Both the position numbers and the translations under genes were made by a program. A DNA stretch of 64,000 nt, from positions 1,568,001 through 1,632,000 of the forward strand of contig CAVWPA010000003.1 in assembly GCA_963756875.1 (NCBI GenBank). The letters run 5' to 3'. The notes under the pieces were generated by a model, which was given only the letters and a program-made list of their open reading frames with translations, did not search any database and was not told the DNA's origin. Positions 44,607 through 55,917 of the stretch are shown piece after piece. The DNA comes from an uncultured Verrucomicrobiae bacterium (lineage in GTDB: Bacteria; Verrucomicrobiota; Verrucomicrobiia; Chthoniobacterales; UBA10450). How positions within the stretch are numbered: the stretch's first letter is position 1; every line of letters starts with the position of its first letter.

Positions 44607-45206
44607 CTACTTTGGATGCGATTCCGGCTTGTTATCAGATTCATTCTGCTCGCCGCTTCGCTGCATGTGCATCGTCCACAACGCCGACCAGCTTTTTCCT
44701 TCGTCTTTCGAGATGGCCAATTCCCAGTCCACCGAATCGCCGGAAATATTGGAGAACGTAATTCGGCCCATCCGTTCCCCTTTCGGCGTCTGCCATGTCC
44801 TGAAAAATTCGCCGCGTCCTTTCTCGAAGCTGCCTGAATAAGGAGTTCCAAAGTACGGCCTGCCCGTGTCCATCCAGTGAATGTACCATTTCTGCGTTTG
44901 AGGGTCGTAGGCGCGCACACTGAGTCCCTTCATCGGCTCGGGCTTCTGCATCCCTTCCCAGAAAAACTGAACTTCTCCCTGCCAATGCTCGATCAGAGCG
45001 GATCCATTCAATGTTTTTGAGACCGAGGTCTTTGCTTCCAACTCGAGCCACGTCCCGTCTTTCTGAAGAATCTTTTGCTGGATATTCCAGTCGCCAACCC
45101 AGAAATCGAAAGCGCGCGCCGCTGCCACCACAGGCGAATTCGTGGATTGGGCCAGACAGGCTGCGGCGACCATCGCGAGAATGAAAGTGAAAGCAGGTTT
45201 CTTCAT
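44607..45206 (-). CDS. Secreted hypothetical protein (DUF1579-like beta-barrel)
   Basis: Signal peptide; FDFWVGDW and SKDEGKSW motifs. Confidence 0.75.
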   Translation of the reverse strand: MKKPAFTFILAMVAAACLAQSTNSPVVAAARAFDFWVGDWNIQQKILQKDGTWLELEAKTSVSKTLNGSALIEHWQGEVQFFWEGMQKPEPMKGLSVRAYDPQTQKWYIHWMDTGRPYFGTPYSGSFEKGRGEFFRTWQTPKGERMGRITFSNISGDSVDWELAISKDEGKSWSALWTMHMQRSGEQNESDNKPESHPK

Positions 45207-45263
45207 GAAAATGCTTGATGACGAAAGAGAGAACGCTTGCCGGATTTTAAGAGACTGCGTCGG

Positions 45264-45530
45264 TTAACTTAAATTAAGCAAGGATGATCGCATCTGTTGC
45301 TCGGTTAGCCCTTCGATGCGGATCGCCTTCGTTCGCGATTTGTGGCCGTGTTCGATCGCGATATCGCTCTCGGGAACGTCCAATCGTTCGCTCAGAAAGG
45401 CGCGTAAGGCGGCGTTGGCTTTGCCGTCGACCGGCCGTGCGCGCAGCTTGATCTTGATCGCTGCGCCATATTCACCGACCACCTCGTCGGCTTTCGCATT
45501 TGGAACGATGTGAAACCGCAGCGTGGCCAT
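45264..45530 (-). CDS. DUF167 / YggU family protein
   Basis: ARPVDGKANAAL and GHKSRTK motifs. Confidence 0.9.
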   Translation of the reverse strand: MATLRFHIVPNAKADEVVGEYGAAIKIKLRARPVDGKANAALRAFLSERLDVPESDIAIEHGHKSRTKAIRIEGLTEQQMRSSLLNLS

Positions 45531-45538
45531 CAATCAAC

Positions 45539-45596
45539 TGTAGCGGCGGTCTGCGACCGTCGCATCACACAAACGCTCCACAGGAGCGTGGCTACA
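45539..45596. repeat. Hybrid GTAG-type REP doublet
   Basis: tgtagcggcggtctgcgaccgtcgc ... acgctccacaggagcgtggctaca. Confidence 0.85.
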
Positions 45597-45622
45597 GCAT
45601 TCGTAAAGCGGTCCGTACGTGC

Positions 45623-47284
45623 CTAGCGCAGTTTCTTTTTTGAGAGCCGGAAAACATCGTTTTGCAGCTCGCCACCGATGGTGGTGTTGCGGCGAATGAT
45701 GTCGCTCAACGTTTGATGCTCGAGCATGTTCACCAGAGGATGTGGCAGATAAATCTGGTACCAAAAGCGGTCTCCGTCGCGCAGGCGTTCGAACTGCTCT
45801 TTCAGGATGGTGTACGTGGTTTCGCTCACCATCATGCCGGGCTTATGTTTTTCGGCGAGCGCGCCGATCCAGATGTCGATGTCGTTAGGCGACGCGTACG
45901 CGGCAGCCAGTTTGGCCTGGATTACGGGATCGGGATTCATCTGCGCGAAGGTTGCGTAAGGCGGCAACCCGTAATCCATGCGCACCTGGTTGTACCGTGG
46001 CAATCCGTGGTCGCGGCCGCGTTGAATATTCAGCGCAGCCAGGTCAAAACCGCCTGCACCCGGCGGGCCGAAGAGAAAATTCCGCACCGGATCGACCACG
46101 TAGGCATCCACCTCCTGCGGCCGCTGTTTGGCGAGCCCGCGCAAATACGGTTCGATGCCAATGCTGCTGATCTGGGTTGGATTAAAAAAGGCATCGGCCA
46201 GGCTGATGTCTCCGATCGAGCGGTTATGCCGGTCCAACCTGAGCAATTGCGGCGAAAGCAGCGTGTGGCCAACGCGGTAGGCAGCGGTTGAAAAGGCATT
46301 CGCTATGCCGGCGTTCACCTGTGGCCGATAACCGCGGTACGGCGCGAGCGCTTTCTTTCCCAACAATAACGGCAAAAAGTCCCGATAGGTAATGATCTGT
46401 ATTTCGGCGCCGACCATGGCGCGCGCCCGGAAGTAAATGCCGTCGTCGTCCAGATACGGTTGCGCGGCACGGAAAACGCGGGCCCAGAAATTGTGCTCGC
46501 GCATAAAGAGCGTCTGCATCGCAGTAAGACCGAGCTGCTCGTTGGCGCGGAAATCGCCGGCCAGAAAATAACTCGCTTCGCTGGTGGGAAGATTAGGAAA
46601 ACCATCGACGTTATATGGCAATAGATTGCCCGGGCTTGTCTTTAGCTCGCCACTGCCATCGAGCCGTCGCAGCTCGCGCGCGCGCGCCTCGTCGGATCCG
46701 TAAACCTGCGAGCCGTCGATGTAGGCGGTATCGATGTTCATTTGCTCGCGCACGTTGTTCACCATTTCATAGAGCGAGCGGTCGAGTTCGATGAACTGTG
46801 TCCCCGTCTTGGTCGGATCGAAGTACGTGTCCCCATCCGGCACCGGAATATTGAATTGCTCGACCGGATCGATGCTCGGCGTCAGGCCAATGTCGTGATC
46901 GACGAATTGACCCCATTGCCAGAGAAAATCAGTGACATTTTGCGCGTTCGGAATGGGATGGTCCTGCGCCGCCACCAGATTGCTGATCTCTCTCGCGCTC
47001 TTTTGATCTGCGCCTGGCGGCACGCTACAGCCGTCGGCATAGGCGTTCGTGGTGGTGCGGAGAAGTGTGGTATTGGCTTCGCCCCACGTGGGATTGATCA
47101 CATTATTGCCATAGGCATCGGTGGAACGAAATTGGTATGGGAAAGCGGCGGGAAAGAGTGGAACCGGCGCAGGCTTTTTCCGGGCTATCGTGGCCGCCTT
47201 CATTTTCGGTTCGAACGGCCCCGCCGAAGCGTGAGCGCAGATAAAGACGACGGGCAACAAGCAAAGTAGGGCCTTGTTCTTCAT
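45623..47284 (-). CDS. Secreted animal-type heme peroxidase (peroxidase-cyclooxygenase superfamily)
   Basis: WGQFVDHD, AGDFRANEQ, AAYRVGHTL, LNIQRGRDHG and LRDGDRFWY motifs; signal peptide. Confidence 0.93.
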   Translation of the reverse strand: MKNKALLCLLPVVFICAHASAGPFEPKMKAATIARKKPAPVPLFPAAFPYQFRSTDAYGNNVINPTWGEANTTLLRTTTNAYADGCSVPPGADQKSAREISNLVAAQDHPIPNAQNVTDFLWQWGQFVDHDIGLTPSIDPVEQFNIPVPDGDTYFDPTKTGTQFIELDRSLYEMVNNVREQMNIDTAYIDGSQVYGSDEARARELRRLDGSGELKTSPGNLLPYNVDGFPNLPTSEASYFLAGDFRANEQLGLTAMQTLFMREHNFWARVFRAAQPYLDDDGIYFRARAMVGAEIQIITYRDFLPLLLGKKALAPYRGYRPQVNAGIANAFSTAAYRVGHTLLSPQLLRLDRHNRSIGDISLADAFFNPTQISSIGIEPYLRGLAKQRPQEVDAYVVDPVRNFLFGPPGAGGFDLAALNIQRGRDHGLPRYNQVRMDYGLPPYATFAQMNPDPVIQAKLAAAYASPNDIDIWIGALAEKHKPGMMVSETTYTILKEQFERLRDGDRFWYQIYLPHPLVNMLEHQTLSDIIRRNTTIGGELQNDVFRLSKKKLR

Positions 47285-47373
47285 AAACGGTCTAAAAGCA
47301 GCAAGGATCATTCACAGCAGCGGGAAAATGTCACGTTTTTCTTGAATCCAAAGCCGCGCGAAAACGCATCTCA

Positions 47374-48264
47374 TTGGAAAGAAATGGAAGAAAATCAGCG
47401 AGCGAGGTTAGCTTGAAACGGCGATTCATGGCGTTTGGCCTTGGGGTGTTGACGCTTCTTCTCGTCGGCGCCGTTACTTTTCTCACCTCCGGCGATATTC
47501 GGCTCATCTATGCCATCGGCACAGTTCTTCTTTTATGTCTTGCCATCTGGCTCGGCGCGTCTGGCAAACCGGACTGGTTTGCCGCCATGTTGCTTTACCT
47601 GCCGCTACTCGCAGGATTCGGTGTTCTTCTGTTGCCGAAGCTTCCCGCGTTGTGGCCGATCTTGTTGCTCTGGGCCGTCGCAGTGGTGATCGGCCTGGTC
47701 TTTATCAGGGCAACACGCGCACGCCACGGACTGCCGGTTACTGGCATGATGATCGTGCTCATCGCCGCTTCTCTCTGGTATTGCATTTCTTATGTACCGA
47801 AGCTGCTGGCGCGTGAACTGAACCATTTCGGCAACGTTACCGCTCCGGCATTTACGCTCCAGCCCATCAGCAACGGGTCCGTTCCTGTTACATCGGAGCG
47901 CGGCAAGATTCTTGTCATCGATTTCTTCGCAACCTGGTGTCCCCCATGCAAGGCCGAGCTGCCGGAATTGGAAGCAATCCGCGACGAACTGAAAACGGAT
48001 GCCGATATTCAGTTTGTTCTGGTTGACACCAACGCGGGCGGTGACACGCCGGAGCGGTTTCGTTCGTTCGCGCAAAGCCGACACGTCACCCTGCCGCTCG
48101 CTTTCGATCCGGATGGAAAAGCGCGCGCCAGTTTCGGGATGACCGGATTTCCGTCGCTCGTTGTCATCGACAGGACTGGCCGGGTCCGTCTCACTCGCGA
48201 GGGATACAATCCCGCCGAAGCCAATTTCCGACGGGACTTCGTTCGGTTTCTGAAAACGCTATAG
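47374..48264 (+). CDS. Membrane-anchored TlpA/ResA-family thiol-disulfide reductase (start uncertain)
   Basis: Multiple N-terminal transmembrane helices; DFFATWCPPC and GFPSLVVID motifs. Confidence 0.88.
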   Translation: MERNGRKSASEVSLKRRFMAFGLGVLTLLLVGAVTFLTSGDIRLIYAIGTVLLLCLAIWLGASGKPDWFAAMLLYLPLLAGFGVLLLPKLPALWPILLLWAVAVVIGLVFIRATRARHGLPVTGMMIVLIAASLWYCISYVPKLLARELNHFGNVTAPAFTLQPISNGSVPVTSERGKILVIDFFATWCPPCKAELPELEAIRDELKTDADIQFVLVDTNAGGDTPERFRSFAQSRHVTLPLAFDPDGKARASFGMTGFPSLVVIDRTGRVRLTREGYNPAEANFRRDFVRFLKTL

Positions 48265-48304
48265 CAATTGAGCCGCTACAGGCGGAAAGCACGCGGGTTT
48301 CTCG

Positions 48305-48367
48305 TTGTAGGGCGGGCGCATCGCCTGCCAATTCCGGCGCCGGCAAGCGGAGCGCTTGCCCTACAAT
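48305..48367. repeat. REP doublet (RAYT2 family), solo copy between convergent genes
   Basis: Arms nearly identical to the RAYT2 flanks. Confidence 0.92.
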
Positions 48368-48383
48368 AGGCGGCAAATCGCCG

Positions 48384-49358
48384 CTAAAGACCGACGGCAT
48401 TGCGCACGCGCTTCATCACCTGATCGGCGATTTTGTTGGCCCGCTCGGCGCCTCGGGTGAGCACATTGTCGATATACGATTTGTCGGCCAGGATCTCTGC
48501 GCGACGTTTGCGCATTGGCGCGAAATATTCCCAGAGCTTTTCGAAAAGTTCCTTTTTGAAATCGCCGTAACCGGTTCCGCCTTTCTGGAACTTTTCTCGC
48601 ATGTCGGCGATTTCGTCCTTTGAAGCAAGGAGCGAGTAAAGATGGAAGATCGTCGATTTGGCGGGGTCTTTCGGTGCCTCCACCGGACTGGAATCGGTCA
48701 CGATGCTCATCACGCGTTTTCGTGTTTCCTTTTCATCGCCGAAGATGTCGATGTTATTGCCGTAGCTCTTGCTCATCTTCTGGCCGTCGATTCCCGGAAC
48801 GACTTCGGTCTGAGGGTTGATGCGCGGCTCGGGCAACTTGAGCAAAGGGGTGGGGGAATTAGCCCCGTACTTTTCATTCATCTTCACCGCCAGATCGCGC
48901 GTAATTTCGATGTGCTGCTTCTGGTCCTTGCCGACCGGGACCACGTCGCTGTCGTAAATGAAAATATCCGCCGCCATCAAAACGGGATAACTGAACAAAC
49001 CCACAGTCGGAGCCAGACCGCGCGCCAGCTTGTCTTTGTAGGAATGTGCGCGTTCGAGCAATCCCATCGGCGCTACGGTCGATAGAATCCATGCGAGTTC
49101 CGTGACCTCCGGGACATCCGATTGCCGAAAAAGCGCGCAACGCTCCGGGTCGAGTCCGCACGCCAGAAAATCGAGCGCCACTCCTCTTGAGTTTTCGCGG
49201 AGCACTTTTGGATCGCGCACGCTGGTGAGCGCGTGATATTCGGCGATGAAATAGAACGCTTCTCCCTCAGCCTGCAAGGCAATGGCCGGCTGCATCATGC
49301 CGAAGTAATTGCCGATGTGCAGCACGCCGCTGGGTTGAATGCCGGATAAGATGCGCAT
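48384..49358 (-). CDS. trpS: Tryptophan--tRNA ligase
   Basis: SGIQPSGVLHIGNY, VPVGKDQKQH and KMSKS motifs. Confidence 0.97.
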   Translation of the reverse strand: MRILSGIQPSGVLHIGNYFGMMQPAIALQAEGEAFYFIAEYHALTSVRDPKVLRENSRGVALDFLACGLDPERCALFRQSDVPEVTELAWILSTVAPMGLLERAHSYKDKLARGLAPTVGLFSYPVLMAADIFIYDSDVVPVGKDQKQHIEITRDLAVKMNEKYGANSPTPLLKLPEPRINPQTEVVPGIDGQKMSKSYGNNIDIFGDEKETRKRVMSIVTDSSPVEAPKDPAKSTIFHLYSLLASKDEIADMREKFQKGGTGYGDFKKELFEKLWEYFAPMRKRRAEILADKSYIDNVLTRGAERANKIADQVMKRVRNAVGL

Positions 49359-49370
49359 GGGTTTGTTGTT

Positions 49371-49440
49371 TGTAGCGGCGGTCTATGACCGTCGCATTAT
49401 TTTGTCTAAATTCGAGCGACGGTCATAGACCGCCGCTACA
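49371..49440. repeat. GTAG-type REP doublet, perfect 25-bp inverted repeat
   Basis: tgtagcggcggtctatgaccgtcgc / gcgacggtcatagaccgccgctaca. Confidence 0.92.
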
Positions 49441-49503
49441 GATGCAATGAAAAACGTATCTTTCTTGCTCGCAATTTGCTTGTTAACCGCTAGATAAATC
49501 ACA

Positions 49504-50469
49504 ATGCCAGCCCGAGGAAAGAATCCTGTTTCAGTAGTGACCGGCGGCGCCGGCTTTCTGGGATCGCATTTGACCGATCGACTGCTGGCGGAAGGGCATC
49601 GCGTCATTGCCATTGATAATTTGATTACGGGCAACACCGCGAACATTGGCCACCTGGCAGGCAACGAGGACTTCCGTTTCATCAAGCATAACGTCTCGAA
49701 TTTCATTTTTCTGCCGGAAAACAAAATCGATTACGTCTTCCATTTCGCGTCGCCGGCCAGTCCAATCGATTACCTGGAACTGCCCATCCCCACGTTGAAA
49801 GTCGGCGCGCTCGGCACGCATAACTCCCTTGGCCTGGCCAAGGACAAAAAGGCGACATTCATTCTGGCGTCGACGTCGGAATGCTACGGCGACCCGCAGG
49901 TGCATCCGCAAAAGGAGGATTACTGGGGCAACGTCAACCCCATCGGGCCGCGCGGCGTTTACGATGAAGCCAAGCGTTTCGCCGAAGCGATGACCATGGC
50001 GTATCACCGCTATCATAAAGTCGACACGAGAATCGTCCGCATCTTCAATACGTACGGTCCGCGGATGCGTTTGCATGACGGGCGCGTCGTGCCCGCATTT
50101 ATTGGGCAAGCGCTAAGCGGTCAGCCGCTCACGATTTTCGGCGACGGCAGCCAAACCCGTTCGTTCTGTTACGTCTCCGATCTGATCGACGGGATTTTCA
50201 AGCTCGCCATGAGCGATTTTCACGAGCCGGTCAACATCGGCAATCCGCGCGAGATGACGATCAAGCAGTTCGCTGAAGAAATCATCCGCTTCACCGGAAC
50301 GAAATCGGCGATTGAATACAAACCGCTTCCGGTTGACGATCCGAAAGTGCGTCAGCCCGATATCACACGAGCAAAGAAAGTGCTCGGCTGGGAACCCCGC
50401 GTCGATTTCGACGAAGGAATCAAAAAGACGATCGAGTATTTTCGGCAATCGCTGGCTTCTTCGCGTTGA
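49504..50469 (+). CDS. UDP-glucuronic acid decarboxylase (UDP-xylose synthase) family SDR
   Basis: [33 protein letters not shown] and [10 protein letters not shown] motifs. Confidence 0.92.
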   Translation: MPARGKNPVSVVTGGAGFLGSHLTDRLLAEGHRVIAIDNLITGNTANIGHLAGNEDFRFIKHNVSNFIFLPENKIDYVFHFASPASPIDYLELPIPTLKVGALGTHNSLGLAKDKKATFILASTSECYGDPQVHPQKEDYWGNVNPIGPRGVYDEAKRFAEAMTMAYHRYHKVDTRIVRIFNTYGPRMRLHDGRVVPAFIGQALSGQPLTIFGDGSQTRSFCYVSDLIDGIFKLAMSDFHEPVNIGNPREMTIKQFAEEIIRFTGTKSAIEYKPLPVDDPKVRQPDITRAKKVLGWEPRVDFDEGIKKTIEYFRQSLASSR

Positions 50470-50606
50470 GGGTAGCGCACGCTTCCAGCGTGCCGTTCGC
50501 GGGCATCCTGCCGCGAACTCTTCTACCTGCTATCTTGTGCGGGCCGCAGGGGAGCGTCCAACCTTACGCTTGACGAACAGCCGTTTTTCTCGCAAAAGCT
50601 ATCGAC

Positions 50607-51353
50607 ATGAAAACTTTTACACGTCTGGCGCTTGGAGTCGTTCTGGGTGGTCTTTCGATGATTACCTCGTACGCCGGGCCCGAGCCGATGGCCAAGGAAG
50701 TGGCGCCGCTACCGCCGCCTCCCGGTTGTGACTGGGCCGGCTTTTATCTCGGTCTGTACGGCGGCGGCGAATTTGGCCACAGCGAAGACAAAGATCTCGA
50801 CAATTATAACTTCCCGGACAGGCCGTGGGGATACAGCGAGTCGAGTTTCGTAGGCGGCGAGCAGGCCGGCTACAATTTCCAGTTTGGCCGGCTGGTTCTC
50901 GGGCCGGAAGTCGATGTCGGTTACATGGACCTCAGCGGGAGCAAACTCGAGCCGGGGTTTCCGTATGACACCGTCGGCAAGAGTAACAGCGACGTTTATA
51001 CGACGTTCCGAGGACGCGTCGGCTTTGCTCTCGATTGCTGGCTCTTCTACGCGACCGGCGGCGGGATCGGCGTGAACTATCGCACCAGAGTGGTCGATGA
51101 CAGCCGTACGCAGGCAGGGCCGGACTCCATCTATGCGTCAAGGCAGGACTTTGACTTCGGTTATACGGCGGGTGGCGGTGTGGAGCGCATGTTCAACTTC
51201 TGGGGCCGGCGCTGGTCGTTCAAGGTGGAGTACCTCTATTTCGATCTCGGCAGCCAAACCTTCAGCGGGTTGAGTGCCAACGACGGCGTATACAACTGGC
51301 GCGGTGAAACGACCGGTCACATTGTGCGCGGGGGATTGAATTTCCATTTTTAA
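50607..51353 (+). CDS. Outer-membrane beta-barrel protein (Omp25/RopB-like)
   Basis: Signal peptide; DWAGFYLG and KVEYLYFDLG motifs; terminal GLNFHF beta-signal. Confidence 0.88.
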   Translation: MKTFTRLALGVVLGGLSMITSYAGPEPMAKEVAPLPPPPGCDWAGFYLGLYGGGEFGHSEDKDLDNYNFPDRPWGYSESSFVGGEQAGYNFQFGRLVLGPEVDVGYMDLSGSKLEPGFPYDTVGKSNSDVYTTFRGRVGFALDCWLFYATGGGIGVNYRTRVVDDSRTQAGPDSIYASRQDFDFGYTAGGGVERMFNFWGRRWSFKVEYLYFDLGSQTFSGLSANDGVYNWRGETTGHIVRGGLNFHF

Positions 51354-51373
51354 TCGAGGATTGAAAGGTGAGG

Positions 51374-52975
51374 ATGAAAACAATGAAAATACTCAGTGCC
51401 TGGTTGCCATTCACAACTGTCTTTGTGCTGTGCGCGGCGATGCCGTGTGTGAGCTTTGCTAAACAAAAACCGCCTCCCGCGAGTGCGACCGGCGCAACCG
51501 GTCCGACGGGGGCCACGGGTCCAACTGGGGCGACCGGAGCGACCGGAGCTACTGGAGCGAGTGCAGAAGAACCCGTGTTGGTGAATGAAAACGTTGCGGA
51601 TGGAGGAGCAGGCGCGCTCGGGAGTATTCCTGCTGGCACCTCCGACTCTAACTATGGCAGTGCGAACACAGCCATGGGCGCCAGAGCGCTTTTGGGCCTT
51701 ACCACCGGGAACGATAACTCGGCCTTTGGCCACGACAGTCTGTTATATAATAACAACGATGGTAACTGCGCATTTGGCGTTCAAGCGATGCGGAGCAACC
51801 TGGGCTCCAATAACGTAGCGATCGGTGTTAACGCGCTGTCCGGTCCCGTGGAAGGTAACAGTTACGGTGATTCCAACACCGCGTTAGGCGATGAGGCACT
51901 CTATAACAACAATGGCGGCAATCAGAACACGGCCGTTGGCGAGGGCGCGTTGCATACTAACTCAACCGGCAACAACAACGCCGCCGTTGGTTTTGAAGCA
52001 CTCTATAGCAACACAACCGGAAGCGACAACACGGCCAGCGGTTGGCAGGCGCTCAATAATAACACCACCGCGTCCGATAACACGGCTTCCGGTTGGGCGG
52101 CGCTTAACGCCAACACAACCGGCTCCCAGAACACGGCTCACGGTGGTGGCGCGCTTGAAAGCAACACAACCGGCTCCCACAACACGGCCGTTGGTTTCCA
52201 AGCGCTCAGTCTAAGCACAACCGCCAGCGATAACACGGCCCTTGGTTGGAATGCACTCAGTACGAATACGACTGGAGCCGGCAACACGGCCACTGGTTAT
52301 CAGGCGCTCGTTAGCAACACGACCGCCAGCGATAACACGGCCACTGGTTGGAATACACTCACTACGAACACGACCGGGGCCAACAACACGGCCACTGGTT
52401 ATCAGGCGCTCGGTAGCAACACAACCGGCGGCAGCAACACAGCCATTGGTTATGTGGCGCTCGCTAACAACGCAACCGGCAGCTCCAATGTGGCCTCCGG
52501 CTCCTTCGCGCTCAGTAATAACACCAGTGGGAGCTCGAACATCGCCCTGGGCGCTAGTGCCGGCTCCCAACTTACCACGGGAGACAACAACATCGATATC
52601 GGCAACTTGGGTGTTGCTGCCGAGGCCGATACCATTCGAATCGGCGACACGCAGAGCGCGACCTTCGTCGCCGGTATCAATGGCTTTGATGCGTCCGCCG
52701 GAGCTCCTGTGTACATTCTGCCGAGCGGCCAGTTAGGCACAGGATCCCAGTCGGTCGGGCTGAATAATCGGCAACAGAACGCGAAAAACATCGCCGAGCT
52801 CAAGTCCATGATCACAAAACAGGAAGCGACCATCGCGCAATTGAAGTCTGCGCTGGCAAAGCAACAAAAAGAGTTTGTTGCGCGTCTGAAAGAGCAGGAC
52901 AAAAAAATCCAGCGCGTCAACGATCGGATTGAATTAACCAGACCGGCGCCCCGCACTGTCGAAAATAGCCGGTAA
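51374..52975 (+). CDS. Secreted collagen-like / 17-aa beta-repeat fibre protein with C-terminal coiled coil
   Basis: Signal peptide, KQKPPPA, about 8 Gly-X-Thr triplets, about 18 NTAxGxxALxxNTTG repeats and a coiled coil. Confidence 0.88.
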   Translation: MKTMKILSAWLPFTTVFVLCAAMPCVSFAKQKPPPASATGATGPTGATGPTGATGATGATGASAEEPVLVNENVADGGAGALGSIPAGTSDSNYGSANTAMGARALLGLTTGNDNSAFGHDSLLYNNNDGNCAFGVQAMRSNLGSNNVAIGVNALSGPVEGNSYGDSNTALGDEALYNNNGGNQNTAVGEGALHTNSTGNNNAAVGFEALYSNTTGSDNTASGWQALNNNTTASDNTASGWAALNANTTGSQNTAHGGGALESNTTGSHNTAVGFQALSLSTTASDNTALGWNALSTNTTGAGNTATGYQALVSNTTASDNTATGWNTLTTNTTGANNTATGYQALGSNTTGGSNTAIGYVALANNATGSSNVASGSFALSNNTSGSSNIALGASAGSQLTTGDNNIDIGNLGVAAEADTIRIGDTQSATFVAGINGFDASAGAPVYILPSGQLGTGSQSVGLNNRQQNAKNIAELKSMITKQEATIAQLKSALAKQQKEFVARLKEQDKKIQRVNDRIELTRPAPRTVENSR

Positions 52976-53142
52976 TTTGTTAGGCAATTTCGACAAAATA
53001 TCGTTTACAGGTATGCCTCGATGGGCCGCAGATTGAATTTCCACCTCTGATCAGGCCAGCTCTCCGATCCTTTGGGTTCACGCGCGGACACTGCGCAATA
53101 GACAGCCCGGCTCTGCAATGCTGCAACCATTGCAATCAGTCA

Positions 53143-54466
<1,324 letters not shown>

Positions 54467-54735
54467 CGCTTGTAGGGCCTGTTGAGATTGGCCGGTCATC
54501 CGCCTTCGCCAGCGACGGCGCGACAAGCAGACCGCCGCTACCAGGGAAATCACGCTTCGTTATGCTGTGCTTTCTCGGGCTTCTTTTTAGCCCGAAACAA
54601 ATTCATCTCGACTGAGCGGAAACAGTTGGTTAAAAGCTTTTGCGTCACAGATTGGAGAAGTCTTTACCGGTAATCTCCTATCCAGTGAACCGCGGTGATC
54701 AGAATTAAGCCGGCCGTTAAAGAGAAGGGAAAATC

Positions 54736-55675
54736 ATGGCTATGCATCAATCAATTCTGCCTGGAACGGCAGCAAACCTCTCCGCGAGACAATCGACTCG
54801 TCGGTCGTACCTGGTGCGCCGTTTCCTTTTCATCCCACTTTCCTTTCTCGCCCTCATTTGCTTTGCGCTTTCATCCACTGCGCAAGCAAGGCAGAAACCT
54901 CCTCCGGCCCGACAGGTCCGACAGGTCCGACAGGTCCAACAGGCGCGCCTGGACCGACGGGCGGGCCCACTGGTCCGGCGGGAACGACCGGGTCTGACAG
55001 GGGCGACTGGGGCGACCGGCGATGGGGTTAACAGGCCCGACAGGTCCGACGGGGGTGACGGAGCGACTGGTGCAACTGGTGCAACCGGAGCCATTGGTGC
55101 GACTGGTGTGACTGGTGCAACTGGAGCCTTTGGTGCGACTGGGGCGACCGGGCCGGAAGTGGCGTCCAGTTTTATTTATGTCTACAACGCCACGGTTGAA
55201 GTAGTCCCTAACGCAGGTGAGGTATCGTTCAGCAACAGTGGACCAGCGCTCGGAATCACGAACTCTAACTCCAATGCGTTCACAATCTCGACGGACGGGA
55301 TTTATCTGCTCGAGCTTCAGTTCGGCGTAACCCTCCGCGCCGGGGCCGATTGTGTTTCAAATAGTCGTCAACAGGTCCGTTTCCCGGTTCCCAGTATTCC
55401 AGCGACGTGCAGAACACGGTGGTCGATTTCAAATCCGGCTCTCTTGCCGTTTCTGCGCCGGATACGCACCCGGTCAACGGCATGGGCGCGGGTCAGCTGG
55501 CCGGAGACTTCATTACTTTGCAGAACGTAAGCCCTTCGATGAGCATCGTGACGCTGCCCGCCGATCAAACAGTCCGGTGAACGCTTCACTGCGCATGGAG
55601 CGAATCTGCACCGATTGGCGGGGCGACGGGCAACCGGGGTCCACCGGCGTCACCGGCTCTACCGGGCCCACGTAG
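54736..55675 (+). pseudogene. Collagen-like protein with BclA-C-like head; multiple frameshifts (decay or poor consensus)
   Basis: Signal peptide plus RQKPPPA; GPT/GAT triplets scattered over several frames; [14 protein letters not shown] and VNASLRMERI lie in different frames. Confidence 0.7.
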
Positions 55676-55688
55676 AAGGCTAAATCCG

Positions 55689-55872
55689 TTGTAGCGACGG
55701 TGCTCTGCCGCTCTGTTTTGCCGCGCCAACGCCCCGACCCGCCTTCGGTCGCTGCGGCGACATTCGGCGCGGCAGGCGGAGCGGGGCGGCTACAGCGTCA
55801 TGTTTCCTATGAGATGAATCTAGCCGCAGCCGACACTCCGAAAGAGTTCGCGAGCAGGCGGCTGCCTCTACA
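55689..55872. repeat. Cluster of REP doublets with nested mini-elements
   Basis: tgtagcgacgg...ggggcggctaca containing a CCGCCTTCG element; gacactccgaaagagttcgcgagcaggcggctgcctctaca is similar to ~30824-30866. Confidence 0.75.
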
Positions 55873-55917
55873 GCACAGAGATTGCATCCTCGCGCGATCT
55901 TGCGGCAGATTGGTTCG

